From Mobula hypostoma (Eukaryota): a stretch of 64,000 bases of DNA. A model generated the notes under the pieces. That model was given only the letters and a program-made list of their open reading frames with translations. It was not told the DNA's origin and did not search any database. The stretch spans positions 220,970,001 to 221,034,000 of the forward strand of contig NC_086097.1 in NCBI RefSeq assembly GCF_963921235.1, in the 5' to 3' direction. Positions 36,545 to 48,900 of this stretch are shown piece by piece (positions within the stretch are counted from its first letter, which is position 1; each line of letters opens with the position of its first letter). The position numbers were made by a program, and so were the translations under genes.

Positions 36545-38341
36545 GCTGTCAGCCAGGGTTTCTTTCTTGTCATAAATACCCTTTTTGTGCAAGATAGTGG
36601 AGCCACAAACCCTATCGCCAGTTGCAGCCACTGACTTCTGCAGCTCACTCAGAGTGACTGTTGGCACCACAGTAGCCTCTCTTTCAAGTGCAATTCTTCT
36701 TTGGCGACTGGACATGTGTTGCTGGATTCTGGATTTCTTGACAGAGAGACCACAGTCAGTCCGTGTTGGCAGGAACATCTCTGACTCCATCACACTGAGC
36801 ACTGGATCCCCATTGCTGTTTACACTGCTAACACATGACTGTGCAGCCAGATTCAAGGAGAACCTGATCATTAAATTTGCTGATGATACCACAGTGGTGG
36901 GGCTCATCAGCAAAAATGATGAAACAATGTACAGGGAGGAGGTCAAATACCTAGAGAGCTGGTGCAGTGATAACAACTTGATGCTTAATGTCACCAAAAC
37001 CAAGGAGATGATCGTCGATTTCAGACTGTCTCAGCCTAAGCACACACCCCTCAGCATCAGCGGCTCCACAGTGGAGAGAGTGGAAAACATCAAGATCCTT
37101 GGGGTGCAGATCTCGGACAATCTCACCTGGTCCAGGAACACCACTGGGATTGTGAAACGGGCCCAGCAGAGATTGCACTTTCTGAGGAAGCTTAAACAAG
37201 CATCACTCCCCACTGACATCTTAACTACATTCTACAGAGGCGTGGTTGAGAGTGTGCTGACCTTTTGCATCACAACCTGGTACTCCAGCTGCAGTGCTGT
37301 CGACAAAAAAGCCTTGCAGAGGGTGGTTAGGGGAGCAGAGAAGGTTATTGGGGTCTCCCTACCTTCTGTCCAAGACCTCTTTTATGCCTCCAGAAGACAC
37401 GGTACATCATTAAAGACCCCTCACACCCTCTCCATGAACTGTTTGTTCTTCTGCCATCAGGCAAATGTTACAGGAGCAGCAAAACTAAAACCACAAGGCT
37501 ACTAAACAGCTTCCTCCCACAGGCAGTCAGACTGCTAAATAGCTGCTGTACCTGACTCTGCTTTTGGACACTTTTAACTCGCACTGGACACTTATAACTT
37601 GATTTTAACTGACATGTGGCTGTTGTGTTTTACTATTTATTGTTATGTTTATTATGTAGTGTTGCGTTTGTTATGTTATGATTGCACTGCTCCTGGGAAA
37701 CGCCGTCTCATTCTGCCCTGCAGAGCTGATGTACGGTTAGAATGACAATAAAGTTTTTTGAATCTTTGAATCTTGAATCTAAGTTTAGAGGGGAAGTCTG
37801 ACCCAGGCATTGTGGATGTGGTTTCATATTTTTCCCACTTTTTCAGAATGGACTGCTCTGAGCTCTGAGGTATGTTCAGTGCCTTTGAGAAGGTCTTGTA
37901 GCCTTCCCCAGATTTGTGTTTCTCTATTTTCATTTTCCTGGCTTGTCTTGAATGTTCTTTTGTTTTCACTTTGGATCAGTCTGTTGAAAATCTACCATAC
38001 CCTTGGACCTTGCAGAGAGAAGAGATGTTTATTCTTATGAATTCATTGAAAACAGGTGATCTTCTGATTTTCTACATGAACAATTGAGTGAGTGAGTTGG
38101 TAAGGTAATATTGCACCTGAGGGAAGTTAGCTTAGTAATTACAAAGGGGATGAACAGTTTTTCAGCCTCACAATTCTTGATTTTAATTTTTTTGTAAATT
38201 GTTTACAGGTTTTGGAATTTTTCTTTTGATTTGACATGATGCACACCATTTTGGAGGTTAGTTCAAAAATCCTACTTCAATATATTTTACATTTAGAAAA
38301 TGGGACAGTAAAATGTAAAACATTATGGTTTCAAGACACTG
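36545..38341 (-). mobile_element. Tc1-like DNA transposon remnant interrupted by a Rex LINE
   Basis: MKTKEHS...HKSGEGYK..SKALNIP...KKW paired-like domain (about 37780-37969) continues at about 36712-36560 (PTVTLSELQ). Terminus TA-CAGTG on the minus strand at 38343-38337. Confidence 0.8.
36713..37778 (+). mobile_element. Rex1/Babar LINE 3' fragment
   Basis: [27 protein letters not shown] and RLHFLRKL motifs. (TTGAATC)n tail at about 37758-37779. Confidence 0.88.
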
Positions 38342-38903
38342 TATCTGAAAGGAAAGTAAGAAGAGGTGTTTTGCTGGGTAGGATTTCCAACATAGCACAG
38401 GTATAGACTCAGAAGGCTGTGTCAGGATTATTAAGTGATTTAACTCCCCTGCAACTCCAACCTGTTTGATTTAGGGAGATCACGTCCAAATCCAAGGTTA
38501 GTTCCTAATTTAGTTCTGCTGGTGCTGCCACATTTCTCAAGTGCTTGGTGGTTTCTACAGTTCTGGATAATTCCTAAAGTCTTTAGGAAGTGATGTGGGT
38601 GCACTGAATATGTTTACCTTAATTTCAAGGCATCTGCACCAGCAATTGCTCGCCAATATGGGTGCTTTAATACACACTCACATTGGAACCCATACCATAC
38701 AGAGGGCACACGGAGGAGGATGCTTCTTGAAGGAGAGGGAGGAGGAGGAGTTAAAGCCAATGGGAAGATTGCTCAAGCAAGAGAAAATCTGTAGGTGCTG
38801 GAAATCCGAGCAACACACACATTTCCTATCAGAGCCACAGCAATGAAACGTTTGATCTTCAGCAGGGAGGAAATCTAAAACCTGCTGCAGATGTTATCAG
38901 CGC

Positions 38904-39175
38904 AAACACGAGGAAATCTGCAGATGCTGGAATTTCAAGCAACACACATAAAAGTTGCTGGTGAATGCAGCAGGCCAGGCGGCATGTCTAGGAAGAGGTA
39001 CAGTCGACCTTTCGGGCTGAGACCCTTCGTCAGGACTAACTGAAAGAAGAGCGAGTTACTAGCTCTTCTGTCAGTTAGTCCTGACCAAGGGTCTCGGCCC
39101 GAAACGTCGACTGTACCTCTTCCTAGACATGCCGCCTGGCCTGCTGCATTCACCAGCAACTTTTATGTGTGTTGC
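38904..39175. mobile_element. pLTR-only Penelope insertion forming an inverted repeat
   Basis: Arms 38939-39052 and 39062-39175. Flanking direct repeat tgcagaYgttatcagYgc at 38886-38903 and 39173-39190. Confidence 0.85.
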
Positions 39176-39889
39176 AGACGTTATCAGTGCAGGGCAAGGG
39201 CAGAAATAGCTAGTCATTGTGACTGCAGTCATAAACTTTAAGGTGTCAACAGATTTTTTTGAATTCCTCTTTGTACCCGAGTTCACCCACATTTCTTGCG
39301 CTCACTGATGCGTAAGAAATGTCTTGAATGTTTGGGCCTTCACAACACCGAAGTACCTTTTCTGACACAGCCAGTGACCTGCAGATGAACTCTCTACCTT
39401 CAGCCCGTGGCCGTGAAGTTACTTCTTTCCGAGCCAAGTGCAAGCGAGTAACCTGGATCAATGCAGGAACGAGTCCCTGTGAGAGACACGTGTAGAGTGT
39501 GTGACGGAGAGGTGGTGCATTTGATGGATAGTGCACTTGAAAATATATTTGAGGTGATACTTGTGAGGTCACTGAACTTTTGCACGTTGCTTGTTTCTCA
39601 GTCTTTGCTTATATATAGTTTTTATTTGTTTTTCTATTGTACTCTATCTTCCTGTAAATACCTGTAAGAAATAAATCTCAAGGTATTATATGACATATAC
39701 AGTACATACTTTAATAAAGGTTGGTTGGCATCCGTCTGTCTCGAAGGACAATGGGTGATGATGATCATCATCACAAGCCTGGGTGGAAGGTATGGAAAGA
39801 AATCCTGAGATGCCCAGTCGTCAAGATCCCCCTCTCGGCTTCACCGGTTTAATAATAAACTTTGATAATAGCGATGGGTGGCTGAAGTG

Positions 39890-41851
39890 AACATAGAACA
39901 TAGAACATAAATAGTACAGCACAGTACAGGCCCTTTGGCCCACAATGTTGTGCCGACCCTTCAACCCTACCTTACCAGATAACCCCCCCCACCTTAAATT
40001 CTTCCAAATACCTGTCTAGTAGTCTCTTAAATTTCACTAGTGTATCTGCCTCCAACACTGGCTCAGGCAGTGCATTTCACGCACCAACCACTCTCTGAGT
40101 AAAAAATCTTCCTCTAATATCCCCCTTGAACTTCCCACCCCTTACCTTAAAGCCATGTCCTCTTGTACTGAGCAGTGGTGCCCTGGGGAAGAGGTGCTGG
40201 CTATCCACTCTATCTATTCCTCTTACTATCTTGTATACCTCTATCATGTCTCCTCTCATCCTCCTTATCTCTAAAGAGTAAAGCCCTACCTCCCTTAATC
40301 TCTGATCATAATGCATACACTCTAAACCAGGTAGCTTCCTGGTAAATCTCTGTACCCTTTCCAATGCTTCCACATCCTTCCTATAGTGAGGTGACCAGAA
40401 CTGGACACAGTACTCCAAGTGTGGCCTAACCAGAGTTTTATAGAGCTGCATTATTACCCCACAACTCTTAAACACTATCCCTCGACTTACGAAAGCTAAC
40501 ACCCCATAAGCTTTCTTAACTACCCTATCTACCTGTGAGGCAACTTTCAAAGATCTATGGACATGTACCCCCAGATCCCTCTGCTCCTCCACTCTACCAA
40601 GTATTCTGCCATTTCCTTTGTACACTGCCTTGGAGTTTGTCTTTCCAGAGTGTACCACTTCACACTTCTCCGGGTTGAACTCCATCTGCCACTTCTCAGC
40701 CCACTTCTGCATCCTGTCAATGTCTCTCTGCAATCTTCAACAATCCTCTACGCTATCAACAACCTCACCAACCTTTTTGTTGTCTGCAAACTTGCCAACA
40801 CACCCTTCTACCCCCACATCCAGGTTGTTAATAAAAATCACAAAAAGCAGAGGTCCCAGAACCGATTCTTGTGAGACATCACTAGTCACATCCCTCTAAT
40901 ACGAATGTACTCCCTCCACCACAACCCTCTGCTTTCTGCAGGGGAGCCAATTCTGAATCCACCTGACATGATCTGCCCTTCACAAAGCCATGCTGACTGT
41001 CCCTGATCAGACCATGATTCTCTAAATGCCTATAGATCCTATCTCTAAGAATCTTTTCCAACAGCTTTCCCACCACAGACGTAAGGCTCACTGGTCTATA
41101 ATTACCTGGACTATCCCTACTACCTTTTTTGTACAAGGGGACAACATTCGCCACCCTCCAATCCTCCGGTACCATTCCCATGGACAACGAGGACATGAAG
41201 ATCCTAGCCAGAGGCTCAGCAATCTCTTCCCTCGCCTCGTGGAGCAAACTGGGGAATATTCCGTCAGGCCCTGGGGACTTATCCATCCTAATGCATTTTG
41301 ACAACTCCAACATGTCCTCTCCCTTAATATTAACATGCTCCACAACATCAACCTTACTCATATTGTCCTCACCGTCATCAAGTTCCCTCTCATTGGTGAA
41401 CACCGAAGAGAAGTATTCATTGAGGACCTCGCTCACTTTCACAGCCTCCAGGCACGTCTTCCCACCTTTATCTCTAATCGGTCCTACCTTCACTCCTGTC
41501 ATCCTTTTGTTTTTCACTTAATTGAAGAATGCCTTGGGATTTTTCTTTATCCTACTCGCCAAGGCCTTCTCATGCTCCCTTCTTGCTCTCCTCAGCCCCT
41601 TCTTAAGCTCCTTTCTTACTACCCTATATTCCTCAATAGACCCCTCTGATCCTTGCTCCCTAAACCTCATGTGTGCTGCCTTCTTCCACCTGACGAGATT
41701 TTCCACCTCACTTGCCACCCATGGTTCCTTCACCCTACCATTCTTCATCTTCCTCACGGGGACAAATTTATGCCTAACATCCAGCGAGTGATCCCTAAAC
41801 AACGACCACATGTCCATAGTACATTTCCCTGCAAAAACATTATCCCAATTC
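39890..41851 (-). mobile_element. CR1 LINE (same family as 1883-4930) with an internal deletion at about 40965; continues at 43991-44104
   Basis: ORFs 40077-40733 and 40882-41517 are nearly identical to the ORF2 pieces at 3117-4932. (CATAGAA)n tail at about 39890. Confidence 0.92.
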
Positions 41852-42009
41852 CAGACATCCCACCCCTCCCATAAGTTCTGGGAGTCTCCTGCATATCGAT
41901 AGTGACTCCCTGTCACCCGGAAATTATATACAATATCCCGGAAATAGATTTTTTTGAGAAAGAGAGGGAGAGGAAGAGCAAGCATCCTGATTGGTCTCTC
42001 TTCGTGCTA

Positions 42010-43779
42010 AATGTGGCCCCAAACCACCGGGCTGTGAGGAAATAATATGATTTGGCAATATGAAACGATATGGGTTAGCTGCACCCTTCCTCATTCACTG
42101 TCATACACTGTTGAATTTTAACGCATGCGAGGTTATCAGTGACCCAAGGCGTGCAAAGGAATGGATCTGTGACCAATTTGTGAATGTTCCCGGTGAATCA
42201 CCCATGTCAGTGCAGGAAAAAGATCAACTTCTCGAGCTAGCAAATGACAGTGGGTTGAAAAGTATGTTTGACATAACATCTCTGCCGGCATTCTGGATCA
42301 AAGTTAAGGCTGAATATCCTGAGATAGCCACGAAAGCACTGAAAACGTTGCTTCCATTTCCAACATATCTCTGCGAAGCGGAGTTTTCTGCAATGAATGC
42401 AACAAAAACTAAATTGCGGAATAGACTGGACATAAGGAACCCCCTTCGAGTATCGCTGTCTCCCATCACCCCTCGATAGGACTGTCTTGTTACTGGGAAA
42501 CAAGCCCGGGGCTCCCACTGATTCAGCGATATTGGTGTGTTGCAATGATTTTATATGTTCATACGCGAAAAATATGCGCTGTGTGTTTAATATCCAAATG
42601 TTACTTAAAATGTTATGATGCTATTTACTTATAAGTGACTAATAATAGTTTTCGCAAACCTCCGGGCTGTGAAGAATACAGCGGTGGCCGGAACGCACCC
42701 AGCACATCTTTAAGAAAAAAGCTGAAATAAACAAGCTCAAACAACAGGAATTCTGCAGATGCTGGAAATTCAAGCAACACACATCAAAGTTGCTGGTGAA
42801 CGCAGCAGGCCAGGCAGCATCTCTAGGAAGAGGTGCAGTCGACATTTCAGGCCGAGACCCTTCGTCAGGACTAACTGAAGGAAGAGTGAGTAAGGGATTT
42901 GAAAGTTGGAGGGGGAAGGGGAGATCCAAAATGATAGGAGAAGACAGGAGGGGGAGGGATGGAGCCAAGAGCTGGACAGGTGATTGGCAAAAGGGATACA
43001 AGAGTATCATGGGACAGGAGGTCCGGGAAGAAAGACAAGGGGGGGGGACCCAGAGGATGGGCAAGCGGTATATTCAGAGGGACAGAGGGAGAAAAAGGAG
43101 AGTGAGAGAAAGAATGTGTGTATAAAAATAAGTAACAGATGGGGTACGAGGGGGAGGTGGGGCATTAGCGGAAGTTAGAGAAGTCGATGTTCATGCCATC
43201 AGGTTGCAGGCTATCCAGATGGAATATAAGGTGTTGTTCCTCCAACCTGAGTGTGGCTCCATCTTTACAGTAGAGGAGGGTGTGGATAGACATGTCAGAA
43301 TGGGAATGGGACGTGGAATTAAAATATGTGGCCACTGGGAGATCCTGCTTTCTCTGGCGGACAGAAATAAACAAGCTAATTGATTAGGTGCCGCCCGGCA
43401 CGTAAATGTCGGCCCAGATCAGAGGCGATTGCCGATTGTGTCGTCTCTGATCTGGGCCGACATTTACGTGCCGGGCGGCACCTAATCAATTAGCTTGTTT
43501 ATTTCAGCTTTTTTCTTAAAGGTGTACTGGGTGCGTCCCAGAGGTTTGGGAACACTGTTATAATTTACTACATTCATGCGAGGAAAATATGCGCTGTGTG
43601 TTTAATATTAAATTCGTTAGATAAACCCCTTTAGAAACGAAATTGAGTATATTTGCCACTTACAAGTGACTTACAGTTGACTTATCATCTATAGTCCGGT
43701 CGCGTTTAACACCACCACCTCCCCTCGCGCCCCCCCGCCCCCGGCCGGTCCGCGGTGTAAAAAAGTTTGGGGATCCTTG
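42010..43779 (+). mobile_element. hAT (Charlie/Buster-like) deletion derivative nested in the TIR element
   Basis: C-terminal hAT dimerisation region FW...EYPEIA..ALKTLLPFPTYLCE..FS...KTKLRNRLD (42060-42479). Ends resemble Charlie TIRs (gtggccccaaacc at about 42013; gtttggggatccttg at about 43765-43779). Confidence 0.75.
42738..43363 (-). mobile_element. Penelope-like 3' end/pLTR (same family as 34430-35260) with 14-bp TSD
   Basis: GAAATAAACAAGCT at 42724-42737 and 43364-43377. Hammerhead motif at 42836-42873 (minus). Confidence 0.88.
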
Positions 43780-45026
43780 ATGAGCTACCTGTAGACTTGC
43801 TTAAGGTTGTAATCGAATGAACATGATAATATATAAATACATATTTTAATGTCACATTTGCTGCATATACCCAACTTGGTTTACAGATTAGGCAAAATCG
43901 CTAAACAAAGTATTACATACACCCTTGGAAGTCGACGGGGGGCGGGGGTGCTATCTCCCTCAAATGAGTTTTTGCAGGGTGGGATGTCTGCAATTCACAC
44001 CCTCAAGTTTTTGCCTAATAGCCTCATAATTTGCCTTTCCCAAATTAAAAAAATTCCTGTCCTCTCTGATTCTATCCTTTTCTATGATAATGTTAAAGGC
44101 CAGGGTAACGCTTGCATTATCTTTGGAGAATCTATCTGGGAGGGTTCCTACGCTGTTCATACCTGTGCAAGAAATTATTGATACGCCCTACTTAAACGTC
44201 AGGGCCCTTTGGGGAAGAGGGAGTGCGAGGCTAGACTGTAAGCACCCTAAACTGGTGTAATTGACGGCGCAAAGTTTAGCGCCCCTTGCATCCAGGTTCA
44301 GTCTTGACGTCCAGTGCTAAAACTTGCACTTTTCCCGTGGCTACGCGCGTTTCAGAGTCATGCAGATGTGTAGATTAATTGGCAATTCGAAACTGCTTCT
44401 GATGTGAAAGTAATTGGCGGAATCTGGGCGGGGTGATGGATGTGGAGGAAAGAATGGAATTAATACAGAGTTGGTGTCAGTGGTTCGCTTCCGTGCTGTA
44501 TGCCAGCTTTTTCACTATCATTTAACACTTGAATTCCAAGTCGAGAAAGCAGACCGCCTCCACCGAAATTGAAATTAATGCCTTGTGTTCGAGTCGCTGG
44601 AAGGGCTTTTATTGAGGTAGGAAGCTGTTTGTGGCAACTTTTGCTTTTGGGAACTGGCTATCGGTGCTTTCACATTAGTAATTAAGAAAAAAGGAAGTTG
44701 CAAAACTTCTCTATAAGCATGTCAGAAGATTTCTAAACAGATGAATGAGCAACGTTTACCACATTCGGATGTGAACGCACGGAAACAACACGCTGAAATC
44801 CTCCGCCTCTTCCTCGTCAGTTTACATACGGACTTTACCCCAAACACTGGAAATACAGTAAACCTGTGTCATTTGACGCTCACGCTCGTCCCAACCCTAA
44901 TGTAAACTAATCTTAACGATGAATCAATTAAAGCGTCATTTCTGAGAACCGGGTCATAGAAAACAGAAAGGAACTCTTCGCCGGGAAAGGATATAGATTG
45001 AAAGCAGGGAGGATTAATGGTGGATT

Positions 45027-45331
45027 ATGGCAGTCGAGCGAAATTTTGGTAAGTGCAGTTTTGTGCTGACTCTACTTGGATTTCTGCTGTACCTGACCGA
45101 CATTGGGACCGATCTCTGGGTTGCTGCAATGTACCTTAAAGACGGACACATTGTGTGGTGTATTCTGGTGGTGTCTGTGATGCTGGTCTCTGCTATAATC
45201 CTGCAGAGTTTCAGCTGGTCGTGGTACAAAGATGATGAGAACAGTTCAGATGGATGTCACGGTCCGCACGCCCGAGGCTGCTGTTCGTGGTTCGGTGTAC
45301 TGCATGTTTTCCAGATGGGCGTGCTGCTACG
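45027..45331 (+). CDS. XKR9: XK-related protein 9, copy B, coding exon 1
   Basis: Paralog of 1125-1429, same length, GTAAGT donor at 45332. Confidence 0.92.
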
Positions 45332-45915
45332 GTAAGTACCGCTCAGCCAAATTAGTCTCCCGTTTGTCCAGTTCGCTTAATCCATTTCTAATAATATTCG
45401 TCTAGCTGGTGCGAATGATCGGGAAGTTTAGCTAACTGGGCAGACGTGGCAAATTTAGAATTACTAGGAATTGGAAAGGAGGCATACTTTATCTCAACTA
45501 TGAAAAGCTTGTGAAATTGGGCGGGGTTCATTGGCAATTTACTAATTTCCTAGCCCATCAAGGCTCACTTTTTTCCCGGAGCAAAAATCGCTCACCCAGC
45601 TCGAAACCAGATTGTTTACACTTTGAAAGGACGTAGAAAAGGTCCATTTCGGGAGATTCACACAGCACATCATGAAAATGATATTGGCTGTTGGTAGGTC
45701 AGTATGGTTGACAATGATCACAAGTTGCAGAAACACCTCCCACACCTCATTGTTACCCAGGTGGAAATCTGTTTGACGATACCACTGGCTAAGGTCGTGT
45801 AGACGTTATCACCATAGCAGTGTTAGGGATCTTTTCCTTGGACCCATTTAGTCTGTTAGCTGTGGTTTCCAAGTGCCTGGCCCCAATGCTATTTGCAAAA
45901 TCTGTAAAGCGTGTT

Positions 45916-48900
45916 AGAAACCATAGAAAAAACTACAGCACAGAAACGGGCCTTTTGGCCCTTCTTAGCTGCGCCGAACCATTTTCTGCCTAGTCCCACT
46001 GACCTGCACACGGACCATATCCCTCCATACACCTCCCATCCATGTATCTGTCCAATTTATTCTTAAATGTTACAAAAGAACCCGCATTTACCACCTTGTC
46101 TGGCAGTTCATTCCATACTCCCACCACTCTCTGTGGAAGAAGTCCCCCCCCCCAATGTTCCCTTTAAACATTTCTCTCTTCACCCTTAACCCATGTCCTC
46201 TTTTTTTTCTCCCCTTGCCTCAGTGGAAAAAGCCTGCTTGCATTCACTCTATCTATACTCATCATAATTTTATATACCTCTATCAAATCTCCCCTCATTC
46301 TTCTATGCTCCAGGGAATTAAGTCCTAACCTATTCAACCTTTCTCTGTAACTGAGTTTCTCAAGTCCCGGCAACATCCTTGTAAACCCTCTCTGCACTCT
46401 TTCAACCTTATTAATATCCTTCCTGTGATTTGGTGACCAAAACTGAACACAATACTCCAGATTTGGCCTCACCAATGCTTTCTACAACCTCATCATAACA
46501 TTCCAGCTCTTATGTTCAATACTTTGATTAATAAAGGCTAATGTACCAAAAGCTCTCTTTACGACCCTATCTACCTGTGACGCCACTTTTAGGGAATTTT
46601 GTATCTGTATTCCCAGATCCCTCTGTCCTACTGCACTCCTCAGTGCCTTACCATTTACCCTGTATGTTCTACCTTGGTTTGTCCTTCCAAAGTGCAATAC
46701 CTCACACTTTTCTGTATTAAACTCCATCTGCCATTTTCCAGCCCATTTTTCCAGCTGGTCCAAATCTCTCTGCAAGCTTTGAAAACCTTCCTTACTCTCC
46801 ACTACACCTCCAGTCTTTGTATCATCAGCAAATTTGCTGATCCAATTTACCACATTATCATCCAGCACATTGATCTAGATGACAAACAACAATGGACCCA
46901 GCACTGATCCCTGTGGCACACTGCTAGTCACAGGCCTCCACTCTGAGAAGCAATCCTCTACTACCACTGTTCGGCTTCTTCCATTGAACCAATGTCTAAT
47001 CCAGTTTAGCACCTTTCCATGTATACCTAGCGACTGAATTTTCCTAACTAACCTCTCATGTGGGACCTTGTCAAAGGCCTTACTGATGTCCATGTAGACA
47101 ACATCCACTGCCTTCCCTTCATCCACTTTCCTGGTAACCTCCTCGAAAAACTCCAATAGATTGGTCAAACATGTCCTACCACGCACAAAGCCATGTTGAC
47201 TCTCCCTAATAAGTCCCTGTCTATCCAAATGCTTGTAGATTCTGTCTCTTAGTACTCCCTCCAATAACTTACCCACTACTGACGTCAAATTTACCGGCTT
47301 ATAATTTCCCGGATTACTTTTCAATCCTTTTTTAAACAACGGAACAACATGAACCATTCTCCAATCCTCCGGCATCTCACCCGTAGACACCAACATTTAA
47401 AATATATCTGCCAGGGCTCCTGCAATTTCAACACTAGTCTCCTTCAAGGACCGAGGGACTACCCTGTCAGGTCCTGGGGATTTATCCACTTTACTTTGCC
47501 TCAAGATAGCAAGGACCTTCTCCTTTTCAATCTGTATAGTTTCCATGATCTCACTACTTGTTTCCCTTAATTCCATAGACTTCATGCCAGATTCCTTAGT
47601 AAATACAGAGGCAAAAAACCTATTTAAGATCTCCCCCATTTCTTTTGGTTCTGCACATAGCCGACCACCCTGATCTTCAAGAGGACCAATTTTATTCCTT
47701 ACAATCCTTTTACTCTTAATATACCTGTAAAAGCTCTTTGGATTATCCTTCACTTTGACTGCCAAGGCAACCTCATGTCTTCTTTTAGCCCTCCTGATTT
47801 CCTCCTTAAGTATTTTCTTGCACTTTTTATACTCCTCAAGCACCTTATTTACTTCCTGTTTCCTATACATGTCATACAACTCTCTCTTCTTCTTTATCAG
47901 AGTTGCAATATCCCTTGAGAACCAAGGTTCCTTATTCATATTCACTTTGCCTTTAATCCTGACAGGAGCATACAAGCTCTGTACTCTCAAAATTTCTCCT
48001 TTGAAGGCTTCCCACTTACCGATCACATCCTTGCCAGAGAACAACCTGTCCCAATCCACGCTTTATAGATCCTTTCTCATTTCTTCAAACTTGGCCTTCT
48101 TCCAGTTTAGAACCTCAGCCCTAGGGCCAGATCTATCTTTATCCATGATCAAGTTGAAACTAATGGTGTTATGATCACTGGAACCAAAGTGTTCCCCTAC
48201 ACACACTTCTGTCACTTGTCCTAACTCGTTTCCAAATAGGAGATCTAATATTGCATCCCCTCTAGTTGGTACCTCTATATATTGATTTAGAAAACTTTCC
48301 TGAACACATTTTACAAACTCTAACCCATCTAGACCCCTAACAGTATGGGAGTCCCAATCAATATGTGGAAAATTAAAATCCCCTACCACCACAACTTTAT
48401 GTTTCCTGCAGTTGCCTGCTATCTCTCTGCAGATTTGCTCCTCCAATTCTCGCTGACTATTGGGTGGTCTATAATACAAGCCCACTAATGTGGCCATACC
48501 TTTCCTGTTTCTCAGCTCCACCCATAAGGACTCAGTAGACAAGCCCTCTAATCTGTCCGGCCTGAGCACTGCTGTAATATTTTCCCTAACAAGCAATGCT
48601 AACCCCCACCTTTCATTCCTCTGCCTCGATCACATCTGAAACATCAGAACCCTGGAATATTAAGCTGCCAATCCTGCCCCTCCTGTAGCCAAGTTTCACT
48701 AATTGCTATAACGTCATAATTCCACGTGCCAATCCACGCCCTCAACTCGTCTGCCTTCCCCGCAATACTCCTAGCACTGAAATATATACATCTCAGAAGA
48801 TTTTTACCACCACTCACAACCTTTCTATTAGCAGATTTGTTTGAACTTTTAACATCATTTATTTTCACCCCAGCCCCACTGTCAGCTCTGGCACTCTGGT

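Larger units (their letters stand above)
41852..43990. mobile_element. Copy-B-specific DNA transposon composite: 14-bp TIR CAGACATCCCACCC, apparent 6-bp TSD CAATTC
   Basis: TIRs at 41852-41865 and 43977-43990. CAATTC at 41846-41851 and 43991-43996. Single CAATTC at the empty site in copy A (about 95-100). Confidence 0.85.

Noticed and set aside
42060..42479. ZBED/Buster-like domesticated transposase gene
   Set aside because: Only a C-terminal fragment with a premature stop, inside a nested copy-specific insertion.
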